This document shows, piece after piece, positions 30,038 through 37,972 of a stretch of DNA of 64,000 bases. The notes below the pieces were generated by a model that ran no database searches, was not told the DNA's origin, and worked only from the letters and a program-made list of their open reading frames with translations. The DNA lies in NCBI GenBank assembly GCA_965247115.1, contig CBDFGR010000002.1, forward strand, positions 96,001 to 160,000, in the 5' to 3' direction. Both the position numbers and the translations under genes were made by a program. The stretch comes from Myxococcota bacterium. Its GTDB lineage: Bacteria; Myxococcota_A; UBA9160; SZUA-336. Within the stretch, counting starts at the first letter, position 1. The number at the start of each line of letters is the position of its first letter.

Positions 30038-30268
30038 CGGGGACCCAAAGGTGATCCCACTTGCGACCCGCGGCGGCTAATCCTCAAGCATTCTTGTCGG
30101 AAACGAAGCAGCGATCGACCAGCTATCTACACTGGAAGATCCTCGTCTACTCCGGGAAGTCGCGGAGCCCCTTCGACCTCCGCATCTGACGCTGGAGCTT
30201 CACTCCGAAGCTCACTCCTTCCGATAGGGCGTAAAGACCCTCGATCCCGATCCAGGGGAAGTTCGAGC

Positions 30269-30925
30269 ATGAAGACTGACATGGACATCTTCCTGCGGAC
30301 ACCCGAACACGAGCCGCTCTTTCCGGGCAAGGTTCGCGCCGCGACCGACAAGGGCTGCGACGCGGTTTTCCAGCGAGGGGCGTTCATCCTGGAGGACGGC
30401 GCGGAAGTGCTCGTGTTCTACGAGATCAACCGCCACTTCATGCAGCAGCCGGTCCGGGTTGTGTCCGTGGTCGAGAAGGGCCGTCCCCATCCTCGAATCC
30501 TCCAGGAGGAGAGAAACGACGGGGAGACGCGCATCAGGCTCGAGCTCGAGACCACCGGAGACCCGATCCCTGCGGAGAAACGCGAGTGCTACCGTGTGTC
30601 CTGCTACTCGGCGAACGTCAAGGCCCAGCTCGGGGAAAATCCCGCGATGTGCGAGGTGCTCGACCTGAGCGCGACCGGCTTCGCCATCTACTCCGAGACT
30701 CAGTACACCATCGGACAGACGCTAGTGGCGACGCTGTACTACTTCGGCAGGCACGTACTCGGGGCGGCCGTGATCGAGAGCTCCGCTGCCTTCCGAAAGA
30801 AGAACCGGTACGGGCTCCGAGCAGTGGACGACGAGCGCCCGAAGGCCACGCTCAAGAAGGACCTGTACCGCATCAACCTGGTAGTTCAACGCGAGCAGTT
30901 GGCCCGGCTCTCCAGCAACCGCTGA
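30269..30925 (+). CDS. PilZ-domain protein
   Basis: EKRECYRV (RxxxR) and DLSATG motifs. Confidence 0.8.
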   Translation: MKTDMDIFLRTPEHEPLFPGKVRAATDKGCDAVFQRGAFILEDGAEVLVFYEINRHFMQQPVRVVSVVEKGRPHPRILQEERNDGETRIRLELETTGDPIPAEKRECYRVSCYSANVKAQLGENPAMCEVLDLSATGFAIYSETQYTIGQTLVATLYYFGRHVLGAAVIESSAAFRKKNRYGLRAVDDERPKATLKKDLYRINLVVQREQLARLSSNR

Positions 30926-31069
30926 CTCGCGAGGGGAGCTGCACCCCCTCCTCCCCCCGCACAGCTCGGCCATGCGAACCCAGAGCTGACGCTGGGAGTC
31001 CACGCGCTACGTCCTCCAAGATGAGGAGGAAGACCTCTCCTTCCTCGACTACGACAGGCGTGCGCGGAC

Positions 31070-31107
31070 TTGACTCTCTATTTTTTCGACAGTGCTGTCG
31101 AAAAAAT
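31070..31107 (+). promoter_or_regulatory. Promoter with overlapping TetR operator palindrome
   Basis: TTGACT at 31070-31075; perfect 13-bp inverted repeat ATTTTTTCGACAG-TG-CTGTCGAAAAAAT (31080-31107) ending just before the TetR ATG. Confidence 0.8.
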
Positions 31108-31701
31108 ATGCCAAAGCTCGTCGATGCCGCCGTGCAGCGGCGCGAGATCTGTGACGTGGCACGACAGGTGTTCGCCAAGCGCGGTCTCAATGGGACAGGG
31201 CTCACCCACGTCGCCGAGGCGGCCGGAATGGGGCGGTCGAGCCTCTACCACTACTTTCCCGACAAAGCGTCTCTGCTGCGCGAGCTGGTGCGCGATCAGT
31301 TGGAAGTCGAAGAAACGCTCTTTCACGCCGCACTCGAAGGCAACGAGTCACCGCTGGATCGCATTCTGGGTCTGATGGAGGCCCAGGTGGAACTCTTCCA
31401 CTCGTGGCGGCACACCGCTTCGCTGACCGTCGAGATGTGGTCGACTCAGTCCTCGCGCTTCCGCCCGTTCTTTCGGTGGATTCGGACGTCCCTCGCGGCT
31501 CTGATCGAAGAGGGACAACAAACGGGCGAGATCGATGCTGCGATCGATGCGTCTCACGCGGCCACGGCCATAGTCGCGCTGATCGACGGGCTGCTGCTAC
31601 AGTACATCGTTGACTCGCGCGCGTTCGACGACCCCGACACCTGGCGCGACACGTTGGTTACGAGCGTTCGCAAGCAGCTTCAGTCCGAGCCGAGTGTATG
31701 A
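31108..31701 (+). CDS. TetR/AcrR-family transcriptional regulator
   Basis: MPKLVD...VAEAAGMGRSSLYHYFPDK HTH; BetI-like C-terminus. Confidence 0.93.
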   Translation: MPKLVDAAVQRREICDVARQVFAKRGLNGTGLTHVAEAAGMGRSSLYHYFPDKASLLRELVRDQLEVEETLFHAALEGNESPLDRILGLMEAQVELFHSWRHTASLTVEMWSTQSSRFRPFFRWIRTSLAALIEEGQQTGEIDAAIDASHAATAIVALIDGLLLQYIVDSRAFDDPDTWRDTLVTSVRKQLQSEPSV

Positions 31702-32357
31702 GTTCACTCGCCCTCATGCGTTGGCTCGAGAACACGCCCGCGCGTTACGACCGAGGCATGCGGGTCATCACGCTCGGGCGCGTCGCCGAGCTGCACGAGG
31801 CTCTCGTCGCCGCGGCGACCCAGAAGGCTGACGCGCGCGTGCTCGAGATCGGCTGCGGCACAGGCGCCGTCACGCTACGCCTGGCCGAGCGGGGCGCGCA
31901 CGGGATCGGACTAGACCAGAACCCGGAGATGCTCGAACGGGCGCGCACGCGGCTGGCTGACGCGGCTATAGAGCGCTTCGAGCTCGTCGAGAAAACGGCG
32001 TCCGAGATCGATACGCTCCCCGAATTCGCGTTCGACGCCGTGGTCGCGGGGTTTAGCCTCTCCGAGATGTCCACTGCCGAGCGGGGCTTTGTGCTGCGCG
32101 AGGCTGCAAAGCGCCTCGCTCCGGACGGCGTGCTGGTAATCGCCGACGAAGTGCTGCCGCAGCGGGCCGCGGCTCGTCTCCTCTACCGCCTGCTCCGTTT
32201 CCCGCAGGCCGCGCTCGGATGGTTGCTCGCGGGCTCACTCTCACGTCCGCTCACGCACCTCTCGAGCGAGATCTCGGATGCCGGCTTCGAAGCGCCACGC
32301 GAGAGGCGCTGGCTTCTCGGGAGCCTCGGGCTGTTCGTCGCGCGGAGGCGGGAGTGA
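31698..32357 (+). CDS. Class I SAM methyltransferase (corrinoid-protein-associated, CpaM-like)
   Basis: VLEIGCGTG; N-terminal LMRWLENTPARYDRGMRVITLGR; coupled to the HgcAB-like gene. Confidence 0.8.
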   Translation: MSSLALMRWLENTPARYDRGMRVITLGRVAELHEALVAAATQKADARVLEIGCGTGAVTLRLAERGAHGIGLDQNPEMLERARTRLADAAIERFELVEKTASEIDTLPEFAFDAVVAGFSLSEMSTAERGFVLREAAKRLAPDGVLVIADEVLPQRAAARLLYRLLRFPQAALGWLLAGSLSRPLTHLSSEISDAGFEAPRERRWLLGSLGLFVARRRE

Positions 32358-33475
32358 TCTCGCTCGGGGACCTTGCCGCCGAAGTCGTGCAGACCGCGTT
32401 GCGGCTTCTGCCCTGGCCAACCGAGCCAGGTCTGCGACGCGCGGGCAACCCGGGTCCTTCGAGTCCCGTCCTGATCACAGGGAACTTCGACCTGACTGTG
32501 CGCCGCCTGATGCGGGCGCTGGAGGGCGTCGACGCCTGGGTTGTCGTCGCCTCGTCGGGCGGCATCAACGTCTGGTGCGCAGCGGCCGGCGGCCACCTCG
32601 GCACACATCAGGTCGTGAGCGCGCTCAAGACGAGCGGGATCGAAGAGCACGTCTCGCACCATCGCGCGATCCTTCCTCAGCTCGCGGCGACGGGCGTGGT
32701 TGCACGCGAGGTGTCGCGCCGCTGCGGCTGGCGAGTGCGCTTCGGACCCGTCCGCGCCGAGGACATCCCGGAGTATCTCGACGCGAAGGCAAAGAAAGTC
32801 GACTCGATGCGGCGCGTGCGCTTCGGCGTCCGCGAGCGGCTCGAGATGGCCTGCACCTTGGGTGTGGCTCCATCCATCGTGGTGGGTGCAGTGAGCCTGT
32901 TCTTCGCGCCGGGGTGGGCCTTGGCGCTCGGCCTCTGGCCGTGGCTCCTGGCTTGCGGTGTGTTCCTCTTCTACGACCGGGTGCGCGGTCCACGCCGGTG
33001 GGTCTTCACGGCCGTAGCGCTTCTGCTCGCGCTCGTCGGAGTCGCGATCGCAGGAGGCGGACCGATCGCTCTCGTGAGCGTCGGCGTCCTGACTGCGGGA
33101 CTCGTGCAGGTCCTGACGTTCGACTACGCGGGCAGCACCCCCCTCGAGGGCGGCAGCCACTTCGAGAGCCGCGATTGGAGCATCTCGCTCGATCTCGAGC
33201 GTTGCGCCGGGGTCTACTCGTGCTGGGAGGTGTGCCCGGAAGCCTGCTTCGAAAAGCGAGAGGACGTGCGCAAAGTCGACCTCTTACACGACGAGCGCTG
33301 TGTACGCTGCGGCGCCTGTGTCGTCCAGTGTCCGCAGGACGCGCTCTTTTTCGAAGCGGAAGACGGGCGCCGCATCGAGCCCGACACCATTCGGCGTTTC
33401 AAGCTCAATCTTCTGGGGTCGCGCTCGGTGGAGGTCAGCGACCCTTCGGAACGCGGGCCAGAGCGCTCCCCGTAG
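32354..33475 (+). CDS. HgcAB-like fusion protein (CdhD-type corrinoid domain + TM helices + ferredoxin)
   Basis: SPVLITGNFDLT, GINVWCAAAGG, ILPQLAATG and RFGPVRAEDIP motifs; TM block; CAGVYSCWEVCP and CVRCGACVVQCP. Confidence 0.88.
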   Translation: MISLGDLAAEVVQTALRLLPWPTEPGLRRAGNPGPSSPVLITGNFDLTVRRLMRALEGVDAWVVVASSGGINVWCAAAGGHLGTHQVVSALKTSGIEEHVSHHRAILPQLAATGVVAREVSRRCGWRVRFGPVRAEDIPEYLDAKAKKVDSMRRVRFGVRERLEMACTLGVAPSIVVGAVSLFFAPGWALALGLWPWLLACGVFLFYDRVRGPRRWVFTAVALLLALVGVAIAGGGPIALVSVGVLTAGLVQVLTFDYAGSTPLEGGSHFESRDWSISLDLERCAGVYSCWEVCPEACFEKREDVRKVDLLHDERCVRCGACVVQCPQDALFFEAEDGRRIEPDTIRRFKLNLLGSRSVEVSDPSERGPERSP

Positions 33476-33505
33476 CGACTTGACGTAACGCCCGCACGAG
33501 AAACC

Positions 33506-33555
33506 TGGAGCGCGAGACCGGACTCGAACCGGCGACAACCACGTTGGCAACGTGG
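33506..33555 (-). repeat. Distal att site: copy of the tRNA-Gly 3' end
   Basis: 50 bp matching 46004-46053 with 1 mismatch. Confidence 0.95.
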
Positions 33556-33687
33556 GCGGATACCTTGAAAACGCTCACGAATCCCGCAGAAGCGTACCGA
33601 GGGATACTAGATAACCCGGAATGGGTGTGCAGAATGGGCGAAAGGTATCAGCCAGTCACGCCAAAGACCCCGGCAACCGCTCTCTTT

Positions 33688-33885
33688 CTATCTGACTGAC
33701 TTGTCAGCCGCTCGGAACGCGGTGGCCTTTCTCTCCTCGACGTCGCCCTCGTCGTCCGCGAACATCTGCGCGAAGGTCGAGTTGAACACCTCCATCCACC
33801 TGCGCTGCTGCGCTTCCGTCAGGCGCTGCTGCACGGACTCGGGGGGGTCGGAGATGCGGCTGAACAGCCCCGTAACCTTTGGCAT
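33688..33885 (-). CDS. ChaB-like small protein
   Basis: SD(P)PESVQQRLTEAQQRRWMEVFNS...EERKATAFRAA resembles the ChaB pattern SDLPESV...Q..Y..AFNS...EETA...AW. Confidence 0.65.
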   Translation of the reverse strand: MPKVTGLFSRISDPPESVQQRLTEAQQRRWMEVFNSTFAQMFADDEGDVEERKATAFRAADKSVR

Positions 33886-33899
33886 CCCGGTCTCAGGGC
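33775..33899. repeat. 125-bp direct repeat, copy 1
   Basis: Identical to 35595-35719 except for 3 substitutions. Confidence 0.95.
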
Positions 33900-33970
33900 A
33901 AAGGGCCTGGGAGCGCGCCGACGTCACACTGACCGCATCGCGGGTGGGGTAGAGGGTTCGTCAGAGGACC

Positions 33971-34246
33971 CTACTCCCGAAGACCCCTGTTCAGGAGGAG
34001 CTTTTCGAACGCCGCCAGCCAGCACTCGTAGTAGGTCGGTGGCTGCGAGCCCTCGGACCGTGCGATCTCGGCGATCAGATGGTCGCGGAACTCGTCCCAC
34101 TCGTACAGCCCTTGCTCGGACAGCGAGACGGCCATCGCGAACAGGCGTCGTTGCCAGCGATCGTGGAAGACGAGTTCGCCGTTGGCGCGGGGTAGCGCAG
34201 CTTCGCCGTCCATGTTCGCGACGCCCGGGTCGGTAGGGCGGTCCAC
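33971..34246 (-). CDS. Nitrile hydratase accessory/activator protein
   Basis: LPRANGELVF..RWQ.RLF...WDEFR..LIAEI...YYECWL.AFEKLL. Confidence 0.88.
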   Translation of the reverse strand: MDRPTDPGVANMDGEAALPRANGELVFHDRWQRRLFAMAVSLSEQGLYEWDEFRDHLIAEIARSEGSQPPTYYECWLAAFEKLLLNRGLRE

Positions 34247-34891
34247 CTAAGCACCTCCCGCAGTCACCATCACCTTGCTCACGCCGATCATCGAGTCGCG
34301 CGTGACCAGCGCCGCGAGCTCCTCCTCGCTCATCTGCTCCGTCCCGCTCGGCCGTTCCGGAAGCACCAGGTACCGGATCTCTGCGCTGCTGTCCCAGACG
34401 CGGACCTCGACGGACTCGTCAAGCTCGAGCCCGAACTCCGCGAGCACGCCGCGTGGGTCGATCACGACTCGAGATCGATACGGCGCGCTCTTGTACCAGT
34501 TGGGCGGAAGCCCAAGGACCGGCCACGGGTAGCACGAGCATAGGGTACACACCACGACGTTGTGAACCGTGGGCGCGTTCTCGACGACGACCATGTGCTC
34601 GCCTTGCAGGCCACCGAAGCCGAGCTCCGCGATGGCGGCCGTGGCGCCCGCGAGCAGTCGATCCTTGTAGGCGAGGTCGACCCACGCCCGCGCGACGACC
34701 TTGGCGCCATTCATGGGTCCTATGTCGGTCTCGTACAGCTCGGCCAGCCGATCGAGCGCGGCGGGCGAGACGAGCCCCTTCGCGACGAGCAGCGCCTCTA
34801 GCTTGCTCACCCGCTCTTCGAGAACCTGCAGCTGTTCCGGCGAGAGCGTGTTCTCGAGCCGCGAATCGGGTCCGTCGTCGTGCGCGCTCAT
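34247..34891 (-). CDS. nthA: Cobalt-type nitrile hydratase alpha subunit
   Basis: [20 protein letters not shown] and [10 protein letters not shown] motifs. Confidence 0.96.
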   Translation of the reverse strand: MSAHDDGPDSRLENTLSPEQLQVLEERVSKLEALLVAKGLVSPAALDRLAELYETDIGPMNGAKVVARAWVDLAYKDRLLAGATAAIAELGFGGLQGEHMVVVENAPTVHNVVVCTLCSCYPWPVLGLPPNWYKSAPYRSRVVIDPRGVLAEFGLELDESVEVRVWDSSAEIRYLVLPERPSGTEQMSEEELAALVTRDSMIGVSKVMVTAGGA

Positions 34892-35568
34892 GGCCCTTCC
34901 TCAGTCCCGGACGCCGGCTCGAGGTAATCCTCCCAGAGGTCGAGGAACAGGTAGTCCGCCGCGGCGGTGCCGGGTCCCCAGAGCCCGCGTGCAGCAAAGC
35001 GGACAGAGTAGAGCGGCTGCGGCTGCTCTCCTTCGCCGTGCGCATTCGTGTCGGGATAGACGAACGTCCCGTGGACGCGAGCGATCACCCCACGCTTCCC
35101 GCGCGCATAGCGCGGAAGACGCGTGTGTCCGAACGGATGGATGTTGCGCGCCATCACGAGGTCGCCCACAGCGAAGCGCGGCGTGAGCCTGCCCGTGCTT
35201 CGTTCGAATGGAGCACCTCCCCGAACGACGGCTTCAGCCTGCTCCGGAGGCGCCGGGGTACTCGCGGGCTCACCCGTAGCCTCCGCCACTCCGGTGGCAA
35301 GCTCCTCCGCCAAGACAATCCCATGCTCGACGGCCAGGGTCTCCAGGCCGGCCAGCCAGTGCTCGTAGTACGTCGATGACAGGTAGTGGATCGGGTCCAT
35401 CCGCTCGAGCGAGTGGCGTACGGCGTCGAGCGTATCGATCTGGCCCATCCACGAGTTGAGCAGACCAAAGACACGTCGCTCCCAGGCGGCGTGGAAGACC
35501 GGCTCGTCTTCCTCCCGCTCGATCGCCCCGAAACACGTCATGCCGCCCATGTCGTGGACGCCGTTCAT
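34888..35568 (-). CDS. nthB: Nitrile hydratase beta subunit
   Basis: [27 protein letters not shown] and DLWEDYL motifs. Confidence 0.96.
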   Translation of the reverse strand: MNGVHDMGGMTCFGAIEREEDEPVFHAAWERRVFGLLNSWMGQIDTLDAVRHSLERMDPIHYLSSTYYEHWLAGLETLAVEHGIVLAEELATGVAEATGEPASTPAPPEQAEAVVRGGAPFERSTGRLTPRFAVGDLVMARNIHPFGHTRLPRYARGKRGVIARVHGTFVYPDTNAHGEGEQPQPLYSVRFAARGLWGPGTAAADYLFLDLWEDYLEPASGTEEGP

Positions 35569-35747
35569 CGCCGGGAGAGTTTATCAGTGCGCGGGGTCGA
35601 GTTGAACACCTCCATCCACCTGCGCTGCTGCGCTTCCGTCAGGCGCTGCTGCACGGACTCGGGGAGGTCGGAGATGCGGCTGAACAGCCCCGTAACCCTT
35701 GGCATCCCGGTCTCGGGGCTCCAGACGAATCTGTCACGAGTCGACAT
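35565..35747 (-). pseudogene. C-terminally truncated second ChaB-like copy, with its stop overlapping the nthB start
   Basis: SDLPESVQQRL...FNST then an unrelated tail; ATGA overlap at 35565-35568. Confidence 0.65.
35595..35719. repeat. 125-bp direct repeat, copy 2
   Basis: Offset 1820 bp from copy 1. Confidence 0.95.
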
Positions 35748-35839
35748 AGTCGATGATCGCAGATCTGTTCAGATCTCGGTTGGAGCGACGGACGTCGACT
35801 TCAAACCGGTAGCGGAGAACTCCCCGCGACACCCGCAGC

Positions 35840-37245
35840 GGTGACGTCCGGGGTTTGCTGGAAACAAAGGGGGGATGCAACCTCGCGTGAATCAAACAAA
35901 ACCCGCCGGACCTTCCGGCCACGCGAGGAGACATCCCCTTGGCAACGAGAGTACTGAGCAGCGAGAGGACGAGCCAGAAGATCCGTGAGCTGATCCAGGA
36001 GCTGGAGGAAGGAGACGGCCTGGAGGGGCTGCTCCAGCTCGCGATGCGCAAGATCATCGAGGAGGCGCTGGAAGCCGAGGTCAGCGATGTCCTGGGCCGA
36101 GGCCACTACGCGCGGCGACGCGAGGGGCAAAAGGGCTACCGCAATGGATCGCGACCGGCGCGGGTGAAGAGCGCCGAAGGTCCGATCGAGTACCGGGCTC
36201 CGCAGGTGAGCGACACCGACGAACCCTTCCGTTCCGGGATCCGTCCCGAACTCGAGAAGCGGACGCGCGCCCTGGAAGAGCTGGCGGTGGAGATGTACGC
36301 GAGAGGACTCTCGACCCGCGACATCGAGGCCACCTTTCGAGGCGAGGACGGACGGTCCTTGCTTTCGCGGACAGCCGTGAGTGAGGTCACGGAGCAGCTC
36401 TGGGAAGAGTACGAGGCCTTTGCGACCCGGGACCTCTCCGAGTTCAAGCTCCTGTACCTGTTCGTGGATGGCGTCGCCGAGCGCCTGCACACCGGTCAGC
36501 GTCGCGAGATGGTGCTGTGTGCCTGGGGCATCACCGACGAGGGCGAGAAGGTTCTCCTGCACCTGAGTCCGGGCACGAAGGAGGACACGGCGAGTTGCAC
36601 GGCCTTCTTCCAGGACCTCAAACGTCGCGGCCTCGAGGATCCGCTCCTCGTCGTCACGGATGGAGCCCCCGGTCTGATCCGCGCGGTCGAGGAGTGCTTT
36701 CCCCGGGCGGAGCGACAACGCTGTTTGGCCCATCGGATGCGCAACCTCGCCTCCAAGATCTCCGAGCCCGACTGGCCGGAGTTTCGCGCCCACGCCAAGG
36801 CCTGTTACGAGGGACCCTCGCAAGAGGTCGCTCGTCTCCTGCGCGACGACCTGGTCCGACGCTACGAGAAGACGTTACCTACGGCCGTGCAGTGCTTCAT
36901 GGATGATTTTGAAGCCTGCATCGCCCACTTGCGCTTCCCGGTAAAACACCGTCGCGTGATTCGGACGACGAACTTACTCGAGCGCCTCTTCCTCGAAGAG
37001 CGCCGTCGCATGAAGGCGGTCGTACACGCCTTCGGAGAGCGTGCGGTCTTGAAGCTGATGTATGCTGCGTTGATCCGGAGCGCCGAGTCCTGGCGGGGCA
37101 TCGCGATCAGCGCCTTTGAAGCCCGACAGCTCTCTGTGATTCGGGAAGAGCTTGACCAGAACCACGAACGCCGTCAGGCTCCCGCCATCCCGTCACGCGA
37201 AGCCAATCCCCGGTCCCGCGTTTCCAGCAAGAACCGGACGTGACC
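35840..37245 (+). mobile_element. IS256-family insertion sequence
   Basis: 26-bp terminal IRs (22/26 match: GGTGACGTCCGGGGTTTGCTGGAAAC vs GGTCACGTCCGGTTCTTGCTGGAAAC); 8-bp target duplication CCCGCAGC at 35832-35839 and 37246-37253. Confidence 0.95.
35939..37243 (+). CDS. IS256-family (Mutator-type) transposase
   Basis: YRNG, MYARGLSTRD, FVDG, VTDGAPGL, QRCLAH and RTTNLLER motifs. Confidence 0.96.
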   Translation: MATRVLSSERTSQKIRELIQELEEGDGLEGLLQLAMRKIIEEALEAEVSDVLGRGHYARRREGQKGYRNGSRPARVKSAEGPIEYRAPQVSDTDEPFRSGIRPELEKRTRALEELAVEMYARGLSTRDIEATFRGEDGRSLLSRTAVSEVTEQLWEEYEAFATRDLSEFKLLYLFVDGVAERLHTGQRREMVLCAWGITDEGEKVLLHLSPGTKEDTASCTAFFQDLKRRGLEDPLLVVTDGAPGLIRAVEECFPRAERQRCLAHRMRNLASKISEPDWPEFRAHAKACYEGPSQEVARLLRDDLVRRYEKTLPTAVQCFMDDFEACIAHLRFPVKHRRVIRTTNLLERLFLEERRRMKAVVHAFGERAVLKLMYAALIRSAESWRGIAISAFEARQLSVIREELDQNHERRQAPAIPSREANPRSRVSSKNRT

Positions 37246-37352
37246 CCCGCAGCTGCCGGGCTACCGCCGCCAGGGGTCTCCCCTGGGCCACAGCCCCAAG
37301 GTCCGCTACTTCGACGCGCTCTACGGAGATCGTCACTACCGGGGATCACCAG

Positions 37353-37562
37353 CGCCGCCAGGTCGGCCACACCACCGTCCGCACGATCACCGAGGTCTAC
37401 GACTCCTTTATCGACGCCGCCCGTTGGCCCGACGAAGAGGAGCGCCGCACCGTTGCCGAACTCTACGGCTGGGGCGTCAGCTCTGAAGATGGAGTGGAAA
37501 TCTGGAGTGCCCCCCGTGTAAACCCTGGTGCGCCCGGACAGCATACGACCCTGAAGGGCTGA
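37353..37562 (+). pseudogene. Tyrosine integrase C-terminal remnant
   Basis: QVGHTTVRTITEVYDSFIDAARWPDEEE...LYGW aligns with TLGHANPRMILEKYDAFLGPESWPEADE...IYGW of the 44666 integrase and sits in the same position relative to an att. Confidence 0.8.
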
Positions 37563-37606
37563 CTTCGTAGATCGTGCGCAACTGGTTGATTCAGTGCACG
37601 AATCGT

Positions 37607-37651
37607 TGGAGCACGAGACCGGACTCGAACCGGCGACAACCACGTTGGCAA
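37607..37651 (-). repeat. Inner att site: copy of the tRNA-Gly 3' end
   Basis: 45 bp identical to 46004-46048. Confidence 0.95.
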
Positions 37652-37712
37652 TGTGATGCCGACCCGCGTAAGTGCACGGGAAGCCCGGAGCTGCGGCCTC
37701 ACCTGACCCAGG

Positions 37713-37752
37713 GGGTGCCACATGGGTGCCCCGGGGCTCCCACGTGGCACCC
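37713..37752. promoter_or_regulatory. Candidate integrase arm-type sites
   Basis: CCCAYGTGGCACCC occurs inverted (37713-37726) and direct (within 37734-37752), and again within 45919-45937. Confidence 0.65.
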
Positions 37753-37836
37753 ACCCCGATGAGAGCGCTGCGCCGAACACGCACGGTCGGCGGTTGGTAC
37801 ACCCGTCGATCGGGCCGATTCCCCACAGGAGAAACC

Positions 37837-37965
37837 ATGAGCCCCCGCACCCGCAAGCGCGTTGGGAGCGGCGTCTGCCCCTGCTGTAGCCGGACCTTTC
37901 AGCAGCTCGCCCGGCACATGAAGGCGAAGCATCCCGCCTACACGGAAGTGACGGGCGGGTCTTAG
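37837..37965 (+). CDS. 42-aa C2H2 zinc-finger-like phage protein (possibly a remnant)
   Basis: AGGAG RBS; GVCPCCSRTFQQLARHMKAKHP. Confidence 0.6.
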   Translation: MSPRTRKRVGSGVCPCCSRTFQQLARHMKAKHPAYTEVTGGS

Positions 37966-37972
37966 ACCCCGA

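Larger units (their letters stand above)
33506..37651. mobile_element. Degenerate genomic island (distal), integrated at tRNA-Gly
   Basis: Bounded by two tRNA 3'-end copies; integrase C-terminal remnant next to the inner att. Confidence 0.8.

Noticed and set aside
30075..30260. Sigma28-like promoter before the PilZ gene
   Set aside because: TAAA/CCGAT-like boxes are present but with wrong spacing.
32354..33475. Calling this a true mercury-methylation hgcA/hgcB
   Set aside because: The cap motif deviates (CAAAGG), the ferredoxin is fused and lacks the terminal Cys residues; only an HgcAB-like call is supportable.
33506..37651. Additional tRNA-Gly genes at 33506 and 37607
   Set aside because: Only 3' portions are present, with no D-arm or 5' acceptor strand; they are att sites.
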